Assembly (NCBI GenBank): GCA_964630205.1
Contig: CAZVTM010000006.1
Location: 8,022 to 72,021, forward strand
Direction: 5' to 3'
DNA length: 64,000 bases
Origin: an uncultured Helicobacter sp.
GTDB lineage: Bacteria; Campylobacterota; Campylobacteria; Campylobacterales; UBA6016
The notes beneath the pieces were generated by a model. That model was not told the origin of the DNA. It saw only the letters and a program-made list of their open reading frames with translations, and searched no databases. Numbering within the stretch: position 1 is the stretch's first letter; every line of letters starts with the position of its first letter. This document shows positions 50,328 to 60,845 of this stretch, in pieces. A program made the position numbers and the translations under genes.

Positions 50328-51545
50328 TTATTTAGCGTCAAAGAAGCTTAGTTCTTTGCCTCTTAGGTTGATATGTTGTATCAACGGCTTAACTCTTTTT
50401 TTGGCTTTTGAACACTCTTCAAGATCTGCATATACTTTTGATAGATGCGCAACGGTAGTATCTCTCCCGCCAAGACCGTAAGTGTAGTTTAAAACAGGAA
50501 TATTTATCCCGTTGTCAAGCATCACGGAGCATACATCGTTAAATACAACGCCTGTTGTACCCATTGGGCAGTTTCTATCAAGAACCGCTACAGATTTTGC
50601 ATTTTTAAGAGCAGAGGCAAGAAGATCTTTCGGGAAAGGTCTAAGGACCCTTATCGCCGCAAGACCTACTTTTTTGCCCTCTTTTCTCAATTTGTCAACA
50701 GTTAGTTTTGTTGTACCTACTGCACTCCCGATGATTACAATGATCTCATCGGCATCATCAGTCATATATGTTTCTATAAGTTTATATTTTCTGCCTGTCA
50801 GTTTTTCAAACTCGGCGAATACTTTTTCAATAACAGAACCGGCATTCATAATAGCGGCATTTTGATTAGCTTTATGCTCAAAGTGCCACTCTTCCTCTGT
50901 CTGGGCGCCGTACGTCACCGGATTAGCCGCATCAAGCATAGGTTTGACAAATTTATAGTCGCCTATGAATTTATAAGCCGTCTCGTCATCAAGCGGATGC
51001 ACAACCTCTACGGTATGGCTAGTAAGGAATCCGTCTTGGTGAACCATAACAGGAAGTCTAACATTAAGGTCTTCGCCTATTTTGAAAGCGCAAAGATTAA
51101 GGTCATATACCTCTTGAGGATTGTATGCACAGATATTTAGCCAGCCGCTTAGAAGACCCAGATACATATCCGAGTGGTCACCGTGAATGTTTAGAGGACT
51201 TGCAAGAGCTCTATTTACAACGTTTAGGACGATAGGAAGTCTCATGCCGCTCGCCTGATAAAGTACCTCTATCATCAACGCAAAACCTTGCGAGCTTGTA
51301 GCCGTAGCAACTCTACCGCCGGCAGCCGCAGCGCCAACGCAGGCGCTCATTGCCGCATGTTCAGATTCTACCATTATAAATTCGCCGCCGTTAATATCGC
51401 CGTCGGCCGCATACTGCGAATAGTTTTGCACTATAGGCGTTGAAGGCGTAATAGGATATGCCGCAACTACGTCTATTTGCGCTTGTCTCATCGCTTGGGA
51501 AGCAGCCGTATTACCGTCCCAAACCGTTCTTGTTTCTAGTTCCAT
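50328..51545 (-). CDS. porA: pyruvate:ferredoxin oxidoreductase alpha subunit
   Basis: Contains 'AAYPITPST' and 'ESEHAAMSACVGA'. Confidence 0.9.
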   Translation of the reverse strand: MELETRTVWDGNTAASQAMRQAQIDVVAAYPITPSTPIVQNYSQYAADGDINGGEFIMVESEHAAMSACVGAAAAGGRVATATSSQGFALMIEVLYQASGMRLPIVLNVVNRALASPLNIHGDHSDMYLGLLSGWLNICAYNPQEVYDLNLCAFKIGEDLNVRLPVMVHQDGFLTSHTVEVVHPLDDETAYKFIGDYKFVKPMLDAANPVTYGAQTEEEWHFEHKANQNAAIMNAGSVIEKVFAEFEKLTGRKYKLIETYMTDDADEIIVIIGSAVGTTKLTVDKLRKEGKKVGLAAIRVLRPFPKDLLASALKNAKSVAVLDRNCPMGTTGVVFNDVCSVMLDNGINIPVLNYTYGLGGRDTTVAHLSKVYADLEECSKAKKRVKPLIQHINLRGKELSFFDAK

Positions 51546-51548
51546 CGA

Positions 51549-51941
51549 CTATTTCTCCTCGCCCGCTTTTTTCTCTTTTTTTGGCCAATTTGCCAGCTCA
51601 TTCGCCTCATCTGCTCTCTCGGCAAACATAATCAGCGATTTTGGGTTTGTAGGGCAAACGTGTGCACAGATGCCGCAACCTTTACAGTGGTCATAATCTA
51701 TATGTGAAAACTTTTTATCTTTCGAAATAATAGAAGTGTCCGGACAATACACCCAACAAAATTGACAATGAATGCAATGTTCGGCATTAAATATAGGTTT
51801 TTCAACACGCCAATCGGCAACCGAATAAGTGAAAGAGTTGTTGTCACTATGTACCCACTCTTCAGGTTTTGAAAACGATGTCAGTACTGCACCAGGTACG
51901 AAACCGTCCCAGTCTTTTAATAGATGATCTGGAGTTGCCAT
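51549..51941 (-). CDS. porD: pyruvate:ferredoxin oxidoreductase delta (2x[4Fe-4S]) subunit
   Basis: Contains 'CIHCQFCWVYCP' and 'CKGCGICAHVCP'. Confidence 0.9.
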   Translation of the reverse strand: MATPDHLLKDWDGFVPGAVLTSFSKPEEWVHSDNNSFTYSVADWRVEKPIFNAEHCIHCQFCWVYCPDTSIISKDKKFSHIDYDHCKGCGICAHVCPTNPKSLIMFAERADEANELANWPKKEKKAGEEK

Positions 51942-51955
51942 ATTAATAAATCTCC

Positions 51956-52513
51956 TTAGTTAACTTCATTGTAGGCTCTAGTTATAGCTGCGTTGTTACC
52001 GTCAATAACTTTTTGAGGGAATTTTTTAAGGATTTTTTTCATCCCTTCCAAAAACGCTTCAATTGTAAAAATGCCGGATACTTTCATAAGTGCGCCAAGC
52101 ATCGGCGTATTAGGAATAGCTTTTCCTATGGTTTCTTTACTTATTGTAAGGCAATCAAGAACATAAACCTCTCTGCCAACAAGGAAAGGAGCTTGTTTTA
52201 ACAATTCTTCTTTGGACATATCAGTAGTTATAATAAATTTAGTGTTTTCGTTTGTATTTCTAGTAATGTTACCTGAGAAAACTAGCGACGGATCTATAAC
52301 AAGTACATAATCCGGTAGCATCTCTTTGGAGTGGTCGATAATTTCTTCGTCCGATACTCTATTATAAGCATTCATAGGAGCGCCTCTTTTTTCGGCTCCG
52401 TACACAGAAAATGCTTGAACAAATTTTCCCTCTGCGGCAAGCACATCAGCAAGAGCTTTCGCACCCGTAACAGCTCCTTGTCCGGCTCTTGAATGCCATC
52501 TTATTTGAAGCAT
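51956..52513 (-). CDS. porG: pyruvate:ferredoxin oxidoreductase gamma subunit
   Basis: Contains 'IRWHSRAGQGAVT'. The start is set at the ATG at 52513, which has an AAGGGA SD, rather than the TTG at 52528. Confidence 0.9.
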   Translation of the reverse strand: MLQIRWHSRAGQGAVTGAKALADVLAAEGKFVQAFSVYGAEKRGAPMNAYNRVSDEEIIDHSKEMLPDYVLVIDPSLVFSGNITRNTNENTKFIITTDMSKEELLKQAPFLVGREVYVLDCLTISKETIGKAIPNTPMLGALMKVSGIFTIEAFLEGMKKILKKFPQKVIDGNNAAITRAYNEVN

Positions 52514-52583
52514 GGTTTCCCTTTCCAATTAAAATGAAGTCAATTCTATTTTAAAAATGCTTAAAATTGTCGCATAAAAAGCT

Positions 52584-52606
52584 AAAAAAGAGATAAAATC
52601 TCTCTC
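52584..52606 (-). terminator. weak hairpin plus T-run after the HAD gene
   Basis: On the minus strand, gagagat-ttt-atctctc is followed by TTTTTT. Confidence 0.35.
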
Positions 52607-52623
52607 ATTTTTTTGTGACTTTT

Positions 52624-53277
52624 TTAGTTGAAATTTTTTATTGTTTTAACGGCCTCCAAAACATCCGACACCAGTATATCCGACAGAGCTTCCAGCTCAT
52701 TTTTATCGCCGTATCCCGTCATAAGCGCTATATGTTTTATCCCTGCATTTTTGGCAGCCTCGACATCCAAAGAAGTATCCCCTATCATCCAAATGTCATT
52801 TTTGCCGCCTGCTCCGTTTTTACCCATTTTATGAAGGGCTTTGTATATAGGCTCCGGGTGCGGCTTTACGTTTATCACGTCTTCTCTGCCGACAAGCACT
52901 TCAAAATAATCCATAACATTCATGTGCTCCAAAAGTTCGGCAGAATATCTCGCAGTCTTTGTTGTCACTATACCTAGCCTTGCAAAGGACGAAGCTAGCT
53001 CGATGGCCTCAAAGGCTCCATCGAGTAAAAAAGTTTTTGCCCTGGATATCTCTCTATAATGAGCTTTATACGCACTTACATGGTTATCGATTTTATTTTC
53101 TTCAACACCCAAAAATGCGAAAATATCTTCTAGCGTATATCCTATTTTTGACTCAATATCTTCCCTTTTTGGAAATTTAGAATTCATAACTTCAAAAGAT
53201 TTATAAAACGATTCTATGATGGCCTCAGTAGAATCTATCAGCGTTCCGTCCAAATCGAATAATATGGTTGTTTTCAT
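52624..53277 (-). CDS. HAD-superfamily hydrolase (phosphoglycolate phosphatase-like)
   Basis: Contains 'ILFDLDGTLIDS', 'GIVTTK' and 'MIGDTSLDVEAAKNAG'. Confidence 0.8.
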   Translation of the reverse strand: MKTTILFDLDGTLIDSTEAIIESFYKSFEVMNSKFPKREDIESKIGYTLEDIFAFLGVEENKIDNHVSAYKAHYREISRAKTFLLDGAFEAIELASSFARLGIVTTKTARYSAELLEHMNVMDYFEVLVGREDVINVKPHPEPIYKALHKMGKNGAGGKNDIWMIGDTSLDVEAAKNAGIKHIALMTGYGDKNELEALSDILVSDVLEAVKTIKNFN

Positions 53278-53398
53278 AGTTTTTATGCCTTATTAAAAGT
53301 TGAAAAGATATCAGAAAATAAATTGCTATATCTTTAACACTTTTTAGTGCTACAACAAAGTAGCGTCTTTGGGTGATTTCACATATTAAGGATAAACG

Positions 53399-54122
53399 AT
53401 GAAGTTAGTTAAAACAGTTTTACTATCTGCCGTTGTGGCATCATCGATAGTTGCCGATATTGGCGCCGATTTAGAAATTTCTCCGTATATCGGAGCTAAT
53501 TTTTTAATGGACCGAGAGATACAAAAACCTCTCCCGAGGCAGGGGTAATCGTAGAAAAGGCTCTAAACAGCAACGGGCTTGCTCTTGCAGGTTCACTTGG
53601 ATATGCGCAGGGTAAATTAAAATCTGACGATAAAACAAGAAAAATGTACAAATACGGCCGCTGCAATAGAAATGGACTCTGACGGCGACGGCGTAGTGGA
53701 CTCAAAAGACCAATGTCCAAATACGCTTGCAGGACTTCAAGTTGACGAAAAAGGATGTTTTACGTCTGCAAACCTAAAAATCAATTTTGACACTGCAAAG
53801 TCAGTAGTTAAAAAAGGATATATGTCAAAATTAGAAGCTTTTGCAAAATTCCTAAATGCGAACAAATCGGTTAATGTAACAATCGAAGGGCATACCGACA
53901 ACGTAGGAAGCGCAAAAGGGAATCTAAAGCTATCGGAAAAGAGGGCGAAAGCTGTTGTAGATATATCTAGTAAAAGAGTATAAAGTAGATGCGAAGCAAC
54001 TAAAATCAATCGGGTATGGGGCAACAAAACCTATAGCCGATAACAAAACAGCCGCAGGGAAAGCTGAGAACAGAAGAATAATGGCGGTAGCTGACCAAAT
54101 CAGTCAAACTCCAAACAAATAA
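53399..54122 (+). pseudogene. OmpA-family outer-membrane protein with TSP3-like repeat, three frameshifts
   Basis: It has the signal peptide 'MKLVKTVLLSAVVASSIVA' (AAGGA SD) and a stop at 53546. A +1-frame segment reads '...ALNSNGLALAGSLGYAQGKL...'. The reading then returns to the first frame with 'DSDGDGVVDSKDQCPNT...INFDTAKS...TIEGHTDNVGS...LSEKRAKAV'. A final shift at about 53960 leads to 'KEYKVDAKQLKSIGYGATKPIADNKTAAGKAENRRI'. Confidence 0.7.
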
Positions 54123-54140
54123 TCACCTAAGGTTTCTTGC

Positions 54141-54443
54141 TTAATCGCAAGAAACCCCTTCTTTTGATTTTTTGTATCCCGACTTAGCCAAAATCTCTAT
54201 ATAAAAACTCTCAAGATTGTTTGCGGCGGCGCTATCTATGGATGCCGTTATCTGCGAAAAGGCGATTACTTCAGCATTTGCTTCATCTGCACCAAATTTA
54301 CAATCAAACTCCCAAAAGTCTACACCCTCCGGCAAAGCTTTTCTTTTTTCCCGTTTGATATATTGTCTTATCTCATGTTTTGCCGATTCAACGGCTCTGT
54401 CATAGTTTTTATTTTGTATTTTTAGTTTGAATGTTTTTTTCAT
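54141..54443 (-). CDS. small basic hypothetical protein (100 aa)
   Basis: The start is at MKKTFKLKIQ, with an AAGGA SD. The longer ORF-track version would overlap tRNA-Phe. Confidence 0.5.
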   Translation of the reverse strand: MKKTFKLKIQNKNYDRAVESAKHEIRQYIKREKRKALPEGVDFWEFDCKFGADEANAEVIAFSQITASIDSAAANNLESFYIEILAKSGYKKSKEGVSCD

Positions 54444-54530
54444 TAAATTTATCCTTGGATTACGCAAATAGCTCAAATCTTTGAATAAAGTAAAAAGATT
54501 GTTTTCAAAGTTGGAGGTTTTAAGTTGTGG

Positions 54531-54606
54531 TGGTGGCTGGAGGCGGAATCGAACCGCCGACACGCAGATTTTCAGTCTGCTGCTCTACCGACTGAGCTAT
54601 CCAGCC
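54531..54606 (-). tRNA. tRNA-Phe (GAA)
   Basis: The 76-nt sequence GGCTGGATAGCTCAGTCGGTAGAGCAGCAGACTGAAAATCTGCGTGTCGGCGGTTCGATTCCGCCTCCAGCCACCA folds as a cloverleaf. The anticodon loop is CTGAAAA and CCA is encoded. Confidence 0.95.
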
Positions 54607-54657
54607 AAATTTGGGAGTCAAAAAGGAAGCGAAATTATAATCAGTTACTCTTAAAGT

Positions 54658-55851
54658 TTAGCTTAAAGCCAAAACAAATGCTTTGAATTTCTCTCCTCGC
54701 TCTTTGTACCCGCTGAATTGATCGAGGCTGGCGGCTGCCGGAGATAGCATTCCGACGGAGTTTGCATCCATCTGTTCGCCCATTTTTGTGACCGCCGTCT
54801 GCAAGAGTGCACATTTTGTACATTTGATACCGTACTGAGCGCAAAATGAGGCGATCCGCTCTTCGTTGGAGCCTATGGAGAACACCTCAAGATTTTTGCC
54901 CTTCAAAAACTCAAACATAGAAGTTAGGTCTTGCCCTTTATCGTCGCCGCCAAGCAAAAGAAGTATTTTTCTATCCTCGTAGTTTTTGACCGCCTCTATC
55001 GTAGCGTCAAGATTTGTCGCCTTGCTATCATCAACCCATAGTCGCCCCAAAGCGTCCCTGAACTCCTCTTGTCTATGCCCGTCTATGTTAAAGGCATTGA
55101 TAAGCTCATAATCCACTTCGTTAAAAAGCGCTTTTGTCACGGAGAGGGCCATCAAAGCGTCAAACAAAAATACACCCTTGAACTTTATCTTGGAGGTGTC
55201 TATATCAAAATACGCCGCCAAATCCTCGGCGCTCTCGTATCCGACGAAAAAGCCGTTTGTCGGTATATCTTTGTATTTTGCAGGGGCGACTATCATCTCA
55301 CCCTCCTCCATAACGGCAAAAGGCATTAGCTTTGCCGCCTCGTACTCTTCCATGCTACCGTGCCAGCTCACATGGTCAGGGGTAATTGGAAGCAGTAGAT
55401 AGATATTCGGCTTTGCCTTTTTGGTGTAGTGCATCGTAAATGAGCTGGTCTCAAGTATCCACATATTTGCGTTTTCGTTCATCTGCGCAAGCGGTGAGCC
55501 GATATTGCCGCCTACATCTGCACCTCGTCTTTCGAGTAGATGGTGTAGCATCTGTGTAGTCGTAGTCTTGCCGTTGGTGCCGCTAATCCATATACTAAAA
55601 GGCATACTATCCGCAAACAAATCATATTCGCTTATTAGATGTTTGGCACTTGCCGTGAGCGGATGGTGCGGCGGTATCCCCGGGCTTGTCACTTCCAAAT
55701 GGCTTGACTCGGGGTCAAACAGATGGGAAGGGAAAAGCGTATTGCCTTTTTCATCCGTTTTTATCTCTTTGATGTTGTCGTCAAAAATCCTGCAGTTGCC
55801 GTATTTATTCGCAATCGCTTGCGTCGTCTTTCCATATCCAAATAGCGTCAT
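54658..55851 (-). CDS. murD: UDP-N-acetylmuramoylalanine--D-glutamate ligase
   Basis: Contains 'SGTNGKTTTT', the Mur ligase middle domain and 'DDSKATN'. Confidence 0.93.
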   Translation of the reverse strand: MTLFGYGKTTQAIANKYGNCRIFDDNIKEIKTDEKGNTLFPSHLFDPESSHLEVTSPGIPPHHPLTASAKHLISEYDLFADSMPFSIWISGTNGKTTTTQMLHHLLERRGADVGGNIGSPLAQMNENANMWILETSSFTMHYTKKAKPNIYLLLPITPDHVSWHGSMEEYEAAKLMPFAVMEEGEMIVAPAKYKDIPTNGFFVGYESAEDLAAYFDIDTSKIKFKGVFLFDALMALSVTKALFNEVDYELINAFNIDGHRQEEFRDALGRLWVDDSKATNLDATIEAVKNYEDRKILLLLGGDDKGQDLTSMFEFLKGKNLEVFSIGSNEERIASFCAQYGIKCTKCALLQTAVTKMGEQMDANSVGMLSPAAASLDQFSGYKERGEKFKAFVLALS

Positions 55852-56915
55852 CAGCGTATCTTAATCGTTAGAAGTGCGATAATGTTTGACAAAAGCGCAA
55901 TAATCCAAAATCTCACTATTATCTTGTTCTCAGCCCATTTTTTCATCTCAAAGTGGTGATGCAGAGGCGCCATCAGAAACACCCTTTTGCCTCTGGATTT
56001 GAAAGAGGCTATCTGGATGATGACCGACATTGTCTCTAGCACAAAGATAAAACCTATTGCGATAAGGAGTATCTCACTTTTTGAAGTAACCGCAAGAAAC
56101 CCCATCAATGCGCCTATCGGCAGACTGCCGCTATCACCCATAAAGACTTCCGCCGGATTTGAGTTGTACCACAAAAAGCCAAGAAGAGCGCCGACCATAC
56201 AGAAAGCAACAACGGTCAGCTCCCCCACCCCTATGACTTTGGGCATAAATAGGTAGCCGCTAAGGACGGCATTTCCCGTAACATATATCAAAATCCCAAG
56301 AGAGATAAAGGCAAACACGCTAGGTACCGTAGCGAGACCGTCGAGACCGTCGGTGATATTGACCGCATTGCTAGCCGCCACCATCACAAGAGCCCAAAAC
56401 GGAATAGCCAAAAGCCCCATGTCAAAAAGCGGACTCTTCAAAAACGGAACATAAAAAGAGGTTGGAAAACCCAGATAAAAAAACAAAAAAGAGGATATTA
56501 CGAGAGCTACAAAAAACTGCGCATATAGCTTGCCTCTGGCGGAGAGTCCCAGCTCGTTTTTGCCGCCCGTGATTTTGCCCATGTCATCGGTAAGCCCTAT
56601 GGCCATAAATCCGAGCATCAAAAATATAGAGGATATTACATACAAGTCGTCCATCTTTGCGGAGAGTGCCGTAGCAAGAAGGGTAGCGGTCATAAACACG
56701 AGGCCGCCCATCGTAGGCGTGTTTTTTTTGCCTTGATGCGACTCGGGAGCCAGCACATATATCGGCTGCTTCATTTTCTTGGCTTTTGCCCACCTAACAA
56801 AGCTCGGCATCATAGCGATAGTCAAAGCAAAAGCGATAAAAAAACCTATGAGCGCCCGAACCGTAATATAGTGGAAAATATTTACGCCGTAAAAGCTGTA
56901 AAGCCAGTAAAACAT
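55851..56915 (-). CDS. mraY: phospho-N-acetylmuramoyl-pentapeptide transferase
   Basis: Contains 'KKNTPTMGG', 'NAVNITDGLDGL' and 'APLHHHFE'. The start is set at MFYWLY (56915). Confidence 0.95.
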   Translation of the reverse strand: MFYWLYSFYGVNIFHYITVRALIGFFIAFALTIAMMPSFVRWAKAKKMKQPIYVLAPESHQGKKNTPTMGGLVFMTATLLATALSAKMDDLYVISSIFLMLGFMAIGLTDDMGKITGGKNELGLSARGKLYAQFFVALVISSFLFFYLGFPTSFYVPFLKSPLFDMGLLAIPFWALVMVAASNAVNITDGLDGLATVPSVFAFISLGILIYVTGNAVLSGYLFMPKVIGVGELTVVAFCMVGALLGFLWYNSNPAEVFMGDSGSLPIGALMGFLAVTSKSEILLIAIGFIFVLETMSVIIQIASFKSRGKRVFLMAPLHHHFEMKKWAENKIIVRFWIIALLSNIIALLTIKIR

Positions 56916-56984
56916 TACAAAAAGTCCTCTTGTTATAAAAGCCAAATTTTAGTAAACTTTACCTCAAAAGCCCATAAATAACAG

Positions 56985-58484
56985 GTGAAAACGCTAATGC
57001 GAAAAAAAACTATTTTAATAATTACGGATGGAATAGGCCACTCTCCAAAGACGGAGTTTAACGCTTTTTATTCTGCAAAAAAACCTACATACGATAGACT
57101 ATTTGCGAGCATCCCGTACTCACTTGTCAAAACACACGGATTAAGCGTAGGCTTACCTGAGGGGCAAATGGGCAATTCCGAGGTCGGTCACATGACTATA
57201 GGAAGCGGGCGAATACTATACCAAGACTTAGTCAAAATATCTTTAGCGTTAGAGGACGGCTCTCTTGCGTCGCACCCGAAACTACAAATGCTTTTTGACT
57301 CATCAAAAGATATACATATAGCAGGGCTTGTCTCCGACGGCGGTGTCCACTCGCACTTCTCCCATATAATAGGTCTTGCAAAAATCGCCGAAAAAGCCGG
57401 TAAAAAAGTGTGGCTCCATGCCATAACGGACGGTAGAGATGTTAGCCCGACCTCCTCAAAAGGCTTTTTATCAGAGCTTCTTGCCGTATGTAACGAAAAT
57501 ATAAAACTTGCCTCAATAGCTGGTAGATTTTATGCGATGGATAGGGATAACAGATGGGATAGGGTCGAGCGAGGCTACAACGCCATCTCAAACGCCACGC
57601 CGAAAGCTACCGTTTCGGTACTTGAATATATAGATACACAGTATGCCAAAGAGATAACGGATGAGTTTTTGGAGCCTGTCTCTTTTGACGGATTTGAGGG
57701 CATCAAGGATGGAGACGGTTTTGTCTTTGCCAACTTCAGGTCAGACAGAGCTAGAGAGATAGTAACGGCTCTCGGAAAAGAGGATTTTAACGGTTTTGAG
57801 AGAGCCTACAAAAAAATCAACATTGTCACGATGACGGAGTACTCAAAAGAGTTTAGCTATCCGGTGCTTTTCGAGAAAGACGAACCGACGAATACGCTAG
57901 CAGAAGTCATTTCAGCGGCGGGACTAAAACAGTTTCATACGGCAGAAACAGAGAAATATGCACATGTGACTTTCTTTTTTAACGGCGGCATAGAGACTCC
58001 GTATCTGAACGAATCAAGGGCATTGATACCTAGCCCGAAAGTCAAAACATATGACGAGATGCCGCAAATGAGCGCTTACGAGGTGTGCGACGCTGTATTA
58101 AAAGCGATGGACGAAGAGTATGAATTTGTAGTCGTCAATTTCGCAAACGGAGATATGGTGGGGCACACGGGAGTTTTTGAAGCTGCCGTAAGGGCCGTCG
58201 AAGCGGTAGATGAATGCCTAGGCAAAATATTTGCAAAATCGGATGAAAAAGATTATTCCGTGGTGCTCACATCTGACCATGGCAACTGCGAAGAGATGAG
58301 AGATGACGAAGGCCATACGCTAACCAATCACACCGTCGGTTCCGTATATTGCTTCGTCAAAGATGGTGACGTGAAAAGCGTAAAAGAGGGTGGACTAAAC
58401 AATATAGCCCCTACAGTTTTGACCCTGATGGGACTCGCAATACCATCTGAGATGGACAAACCACTAATCGAACTAAAAGGATAA
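56985..58484 (+). CDS. gpmI: 2,3-bisphosphoglycerate-independent phosphoglycerate mutase
   Basis: Contains 'ILIITDGIG', '[15 protein letters not shown]' and 'TSDHGN'. An alternative ATG start lies at 56997. Confidence 0.95.
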   Translation: MKTLMRKKTILIITDGIGHSPKTEFNAFYSAKKPTYDRLFASIPYSLVKTHGLSVGLPEGQMGNSEVGHMTIGSGRILYQDLVKISLALEDGSLASHPKLQMLFDSSKDIHIAGLVSDGGVHSHFSHIIGLAKIAEKAGKKVWLHAITDGRDVSPTSSKGFLSELLAVCNENIKLASIAGRFYAMDRDNRWDRVERGYNAISNATPKATVSVLEYIDTQYAKEITDEFLEPVSFDGFEGIKDGDGFVFANFRSDRAREIVTALGKEDFNGFERAYKKINIVTMTEYSKEFSYPVLFEKDEPTNTLAEVISAAGLKQFHTAETEKYAHVTFFFNGGIETPYLNESRALIPSPKVKTYDEMPQMSAYEVCDAVLKAMDEEYEFVVVNFANGDMVGHTGVFEAAVRAVEAVDECLGKIFAKSDEKDYSVVLTSDHGNCEEMRDDEGHTLTNHTVGSVYCFVKDGDVKSVKEGGLNNIAPTVLTLMGLAIPSEMDKPLIELKG

Positions 58485-58486
58485 AA

Positions 58487-59230
58487 ATGACATTTACAGG
58501 TAAAAACGTACTAATAACAGGGGCCAGTAGAGGTATAGGCTCTGAGATTGCCAGATACCTTGCAAAACAAGGGCTAAAAGTATGGATAAACTATAGAAGT
58601 AGCGCCGCAGAGGCAGACGCTCTAAAGGTCGAGATAGAAAGAGACGGCGGCAAAGCGGCGGTAATAGGATTTGATGCAAGCGACGAAGAGGCTTTCGTAA
58701 ATGCGGTCAAAACGATAGTGGATAGTGACGGCAGCATGGATTATCTCGTCAACAACGCAGGTATTACAAACGACAAGCTCGCCCTTAGAATGAAAATAGA
58801 AGATTTTGAGAGCGTCATCAAAGCAAATCTAACATCTACATTTATCGGTTGTAGAGAGGCACTAAAAGCCATGAGCAAAAGCAAATTCGGTAGCGTAGTA
58901 AATATAGCATCAATAGTAGGCGAAACCGGTAATGCCGGGCAGACGAACTACTCCGCAAGCAAAGGCGGCATGATAGCAATGACAAAAAGCTTTGCGGCAG
59001 AGGGTGCAGCAAGGGCGATAAGATACAACACTGTAACTCCGGGCTTCATACAAACAGATATGACAAACGAGCTAAAAGAAGAGATAAAAAACTATTACAT
59101 AGATAAAATCCCTTTAAAGAGATTTGGGAAACCTGAAGAAATTGCAAGCGCGGTTGCGTTTTTGCTTTCTGATGAAGCATCGTATATCACCGGGGAGACG
59201 CTAAAAGTAAACGGCGGGATGCTAATGTAA
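58487..59230 (+). CDS. fabG: 3-oxoacyl-ACP reductase
   Basis: Contains 'VLITGASRGIG', 'NNAGIT' and 'YSASKGG' (SDR). Confidence 0.95.
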   Translation: MTFTGKNVLITGASRGIGSEIARYLAKQGLKVWINYRSSAAEADALKVEIERDGGKAAVIGFDASDEEAFVNAVKTIVDSDGSMDYLVNNAGITNDKLALRMKIEDFESVIKANLTSTFIGCREALKAMSKSKFGSVVNIASIVGETGNAGQTNYSASKGGMIAMTKSFAAEGAARAIRYNTVTPGFIQTDMTNELKEEIKNYYIDKIPLKRFGKPEEIASAVAFLLSDEASYITGETLKVNGGMLM

Positions 59231-59301
59231 TGCTAAAATTAGCCAATTTAACACTTGCTTTGATATAATAGAGAGTTTAAAAATTCCGTTAGGAGAAGTT
59301 T

Positions 59302-59535
59302 ATGGCTATTTTTGATGATGTAAAAGCGGTTGTTGTTGAGCAACTAAATGTAAGTGCAGACGAAGTAAAACCTGAATCTAAATTTGTAGAAGACCTTGGC
59401 GCCGACAGCCTTGACGTAGTTGAGCTAGTAATGGCTTTGGAAGAAAAATTCGATGTTGAAATTCCAGACGATCAAGCAGAAAAAATCCAAACTGTACAAA
59501 ACGCAGTAGATTTCATAGAAAACATAAAAAAATAA
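59302..59535 (+). CDS. acpP: acyl carrier protein
   Basis: Contains the '[19 protein letters not shown]' phosphopantetheine site. Confidence 0.97.
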   Translation: MAIFDDVKAVVVEQLNVSADEVKPESKFVEDLGADSLDVVELVMALEEKFDVEIPDDQAEKIQTVQNAVDFIENIKK

Positions 59536-59542
59536 ATTGCTG

Positions 59543-59567
59543 AAAACTCCGAACCTCTCGGAGTTTT
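59543..59567 (+). terminator. perfect 10-bp hairpin between acpP and fabF (attenuator/processing site)
   Basis: aaaactccga-acctc-tcggagtttt lies immediately after the acpP stop. Confidence 0.5.
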
Positions 59568-59602
59568 CGACCCCCACTTCAAATTCTTCGGAGATAAAAC
59601 CA

Positions 59603-60841
59603 GTGAAAAGAGTAGTAGTAACAGGTATAGGAATAATATCTTCTTTGGGCCACGACGCAAAAAGTTCTTTTGAGGCTATACTAGAGGGTAAGTGTGGCAT
59701 CGAAAGGATTTCATTGTTTGATCCGGAAAACTTTCCGGTACAAATAGCGGGAGAAGTAAAAGGCTTCGACCCTACAGTCGTAATGGACGCTAAAGAGGTA
59801 AAAAAATCCGATAGATTTATACAACTCGGTCTAAAAAGCGCGGTGGAGGCTTTTGCAGACTCAGGTTTTGACAAAAACACTATTAACGCTGAAAGATTTG
59901 GCGTATCCGCAGCCAGCGGGATAGGCGGTCTTCCTACTATAGAAAAGAACTCGGTTATCTTGTTCGAACAAGGGCACAGAAGAGTATCTCCTTTCTTTAT
60001 CCCATCCGCTCTTGCAAATCTACTAGGCGGTATTGTAAGTATAGAGCTCGGTCTTAAAGGGCCAAACCTATGTGCAGTAACAGCTTGCGCAGCTGGAACA
60101 CACGCTGTTAACGAAGGGGTAAAATCTATACTCCTAGGCCAAGCTGATGCGATGCTTGTAGTTGGCGCAGAAGCAGCTATATGCCCGATAGGAATGTCTG
60201 GTTTTGCGGCAATGAAAGCTTTATCTACAAGAAATGACGATCCACAACACGCATCAAGACCTTTTGATACAGATAGAGACGGTTTTGTAATGGGAGAAGG
60301 TGCAGCCACTTTAATCCTTGAAGAGTATGAAGCAGCAAAATCAAGGGGAGCCAAAATATACGGCGAAATCATAGGGTTTGGCGAAAGCGGTGACGCAAAT
60401 CATATAACAACGCCTGCCCCTGAAGGAGAGGGTGCGTACAGAGCCATGAAAGCGGCGGTAGATTTTGCTAAAGGCAGAATTGGCGATTTCAAAATAGACT
60501 ACGTAAACGCTCACGGCACAAGTACAAAATACAATGACTGGTACGAAACAATGGCTCTCAAAAAGCTGTTCGGTGGCAAAGACAACTGTCCGCCCATCAG
60601 CTCAACAAAAGGTGCTACCGGTCACTGCCTAGGTGCGGCGGGCACAATAGAGGCTGCCATTACTCTAATGGCCATGAGAAACGGTGTGATGCCTCAAACG
60701 CTCAATTACACTACGCCGGACGCCGATTGTGACCTTGACTATATCCCTAATAATGCAAGAGAAGGCAAAATAGAAATAGCAATGAGCAATTCATTTGGAT
60801 TTGGCGGCACAAACGGTGTCGTAATATTCAAAAAGGTCTAA
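59603..60841 (+). CDS. fabF: beta-ketoacyl-ACP synthase II
   Basis: It has a GTG start with a GGAGA SD, reading '[16 protein letters not shown]'. It contains the active-site 'TACAAGTHA', 'NAHGTST' and 'GHCLGAAG'. Confidence 0.95.
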   Translation: MKRVVVTGIGIISSLGHDAKSSFEAILEGKCGIERISLFDPENFPVQIAGEVKGFDPTVVMDAKEVKKSDRFIQLGLKSAVEAFADSGFDKNTINAERFGVSAASGIGGLPTIEKNSVILFEQGHRRVSPFFIPSALANLLGGIVSIELGLKGPNLCAVTACAAGTHAVNEGVKSILLGQADAMLVVGAEAAICPIGMSGFAAMKALSTRNDDPQHASRPFDTDRDGFVMGEGAATLILEEYEAAKSRGAKIYGEIIGFGESGDANHITTPAPEGEGAYRAMKAAVDFAKGRIGDFKIDYVNAHGTSTKYNDWYETMALKKLFGGKDNCPPISSTKGATGHCLGAAGTIEAAITLMAMRNGVMPQTLNYTTPDADCDLDYIPNNAREGKIEIAMSNSFGFGGTNGVVIFKKV

Positions 60842-60845
60842 AAAG

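Noticed and set aside
54444-54563. The N-terminal 40 codons of ORF 54141..54563(-) overlap tRNA-Phe.
   Set aside because: The extension runs through the tRNA gene (54531..54606) and lacks an SD. The internal ATG at 54443 has an AAGGA SD, so the shorter gene was annotated.
59537-59602. The ORF-track start of fabF at 59537 adds 22 codons.
   Set aside because: The extension spans the acpP-fabF hairpin and uses TTG directly after the acpP stop. GTG at 59603 has a GGAGA SD and gives the canonical 'KRVVVTGIG' N-terminus.
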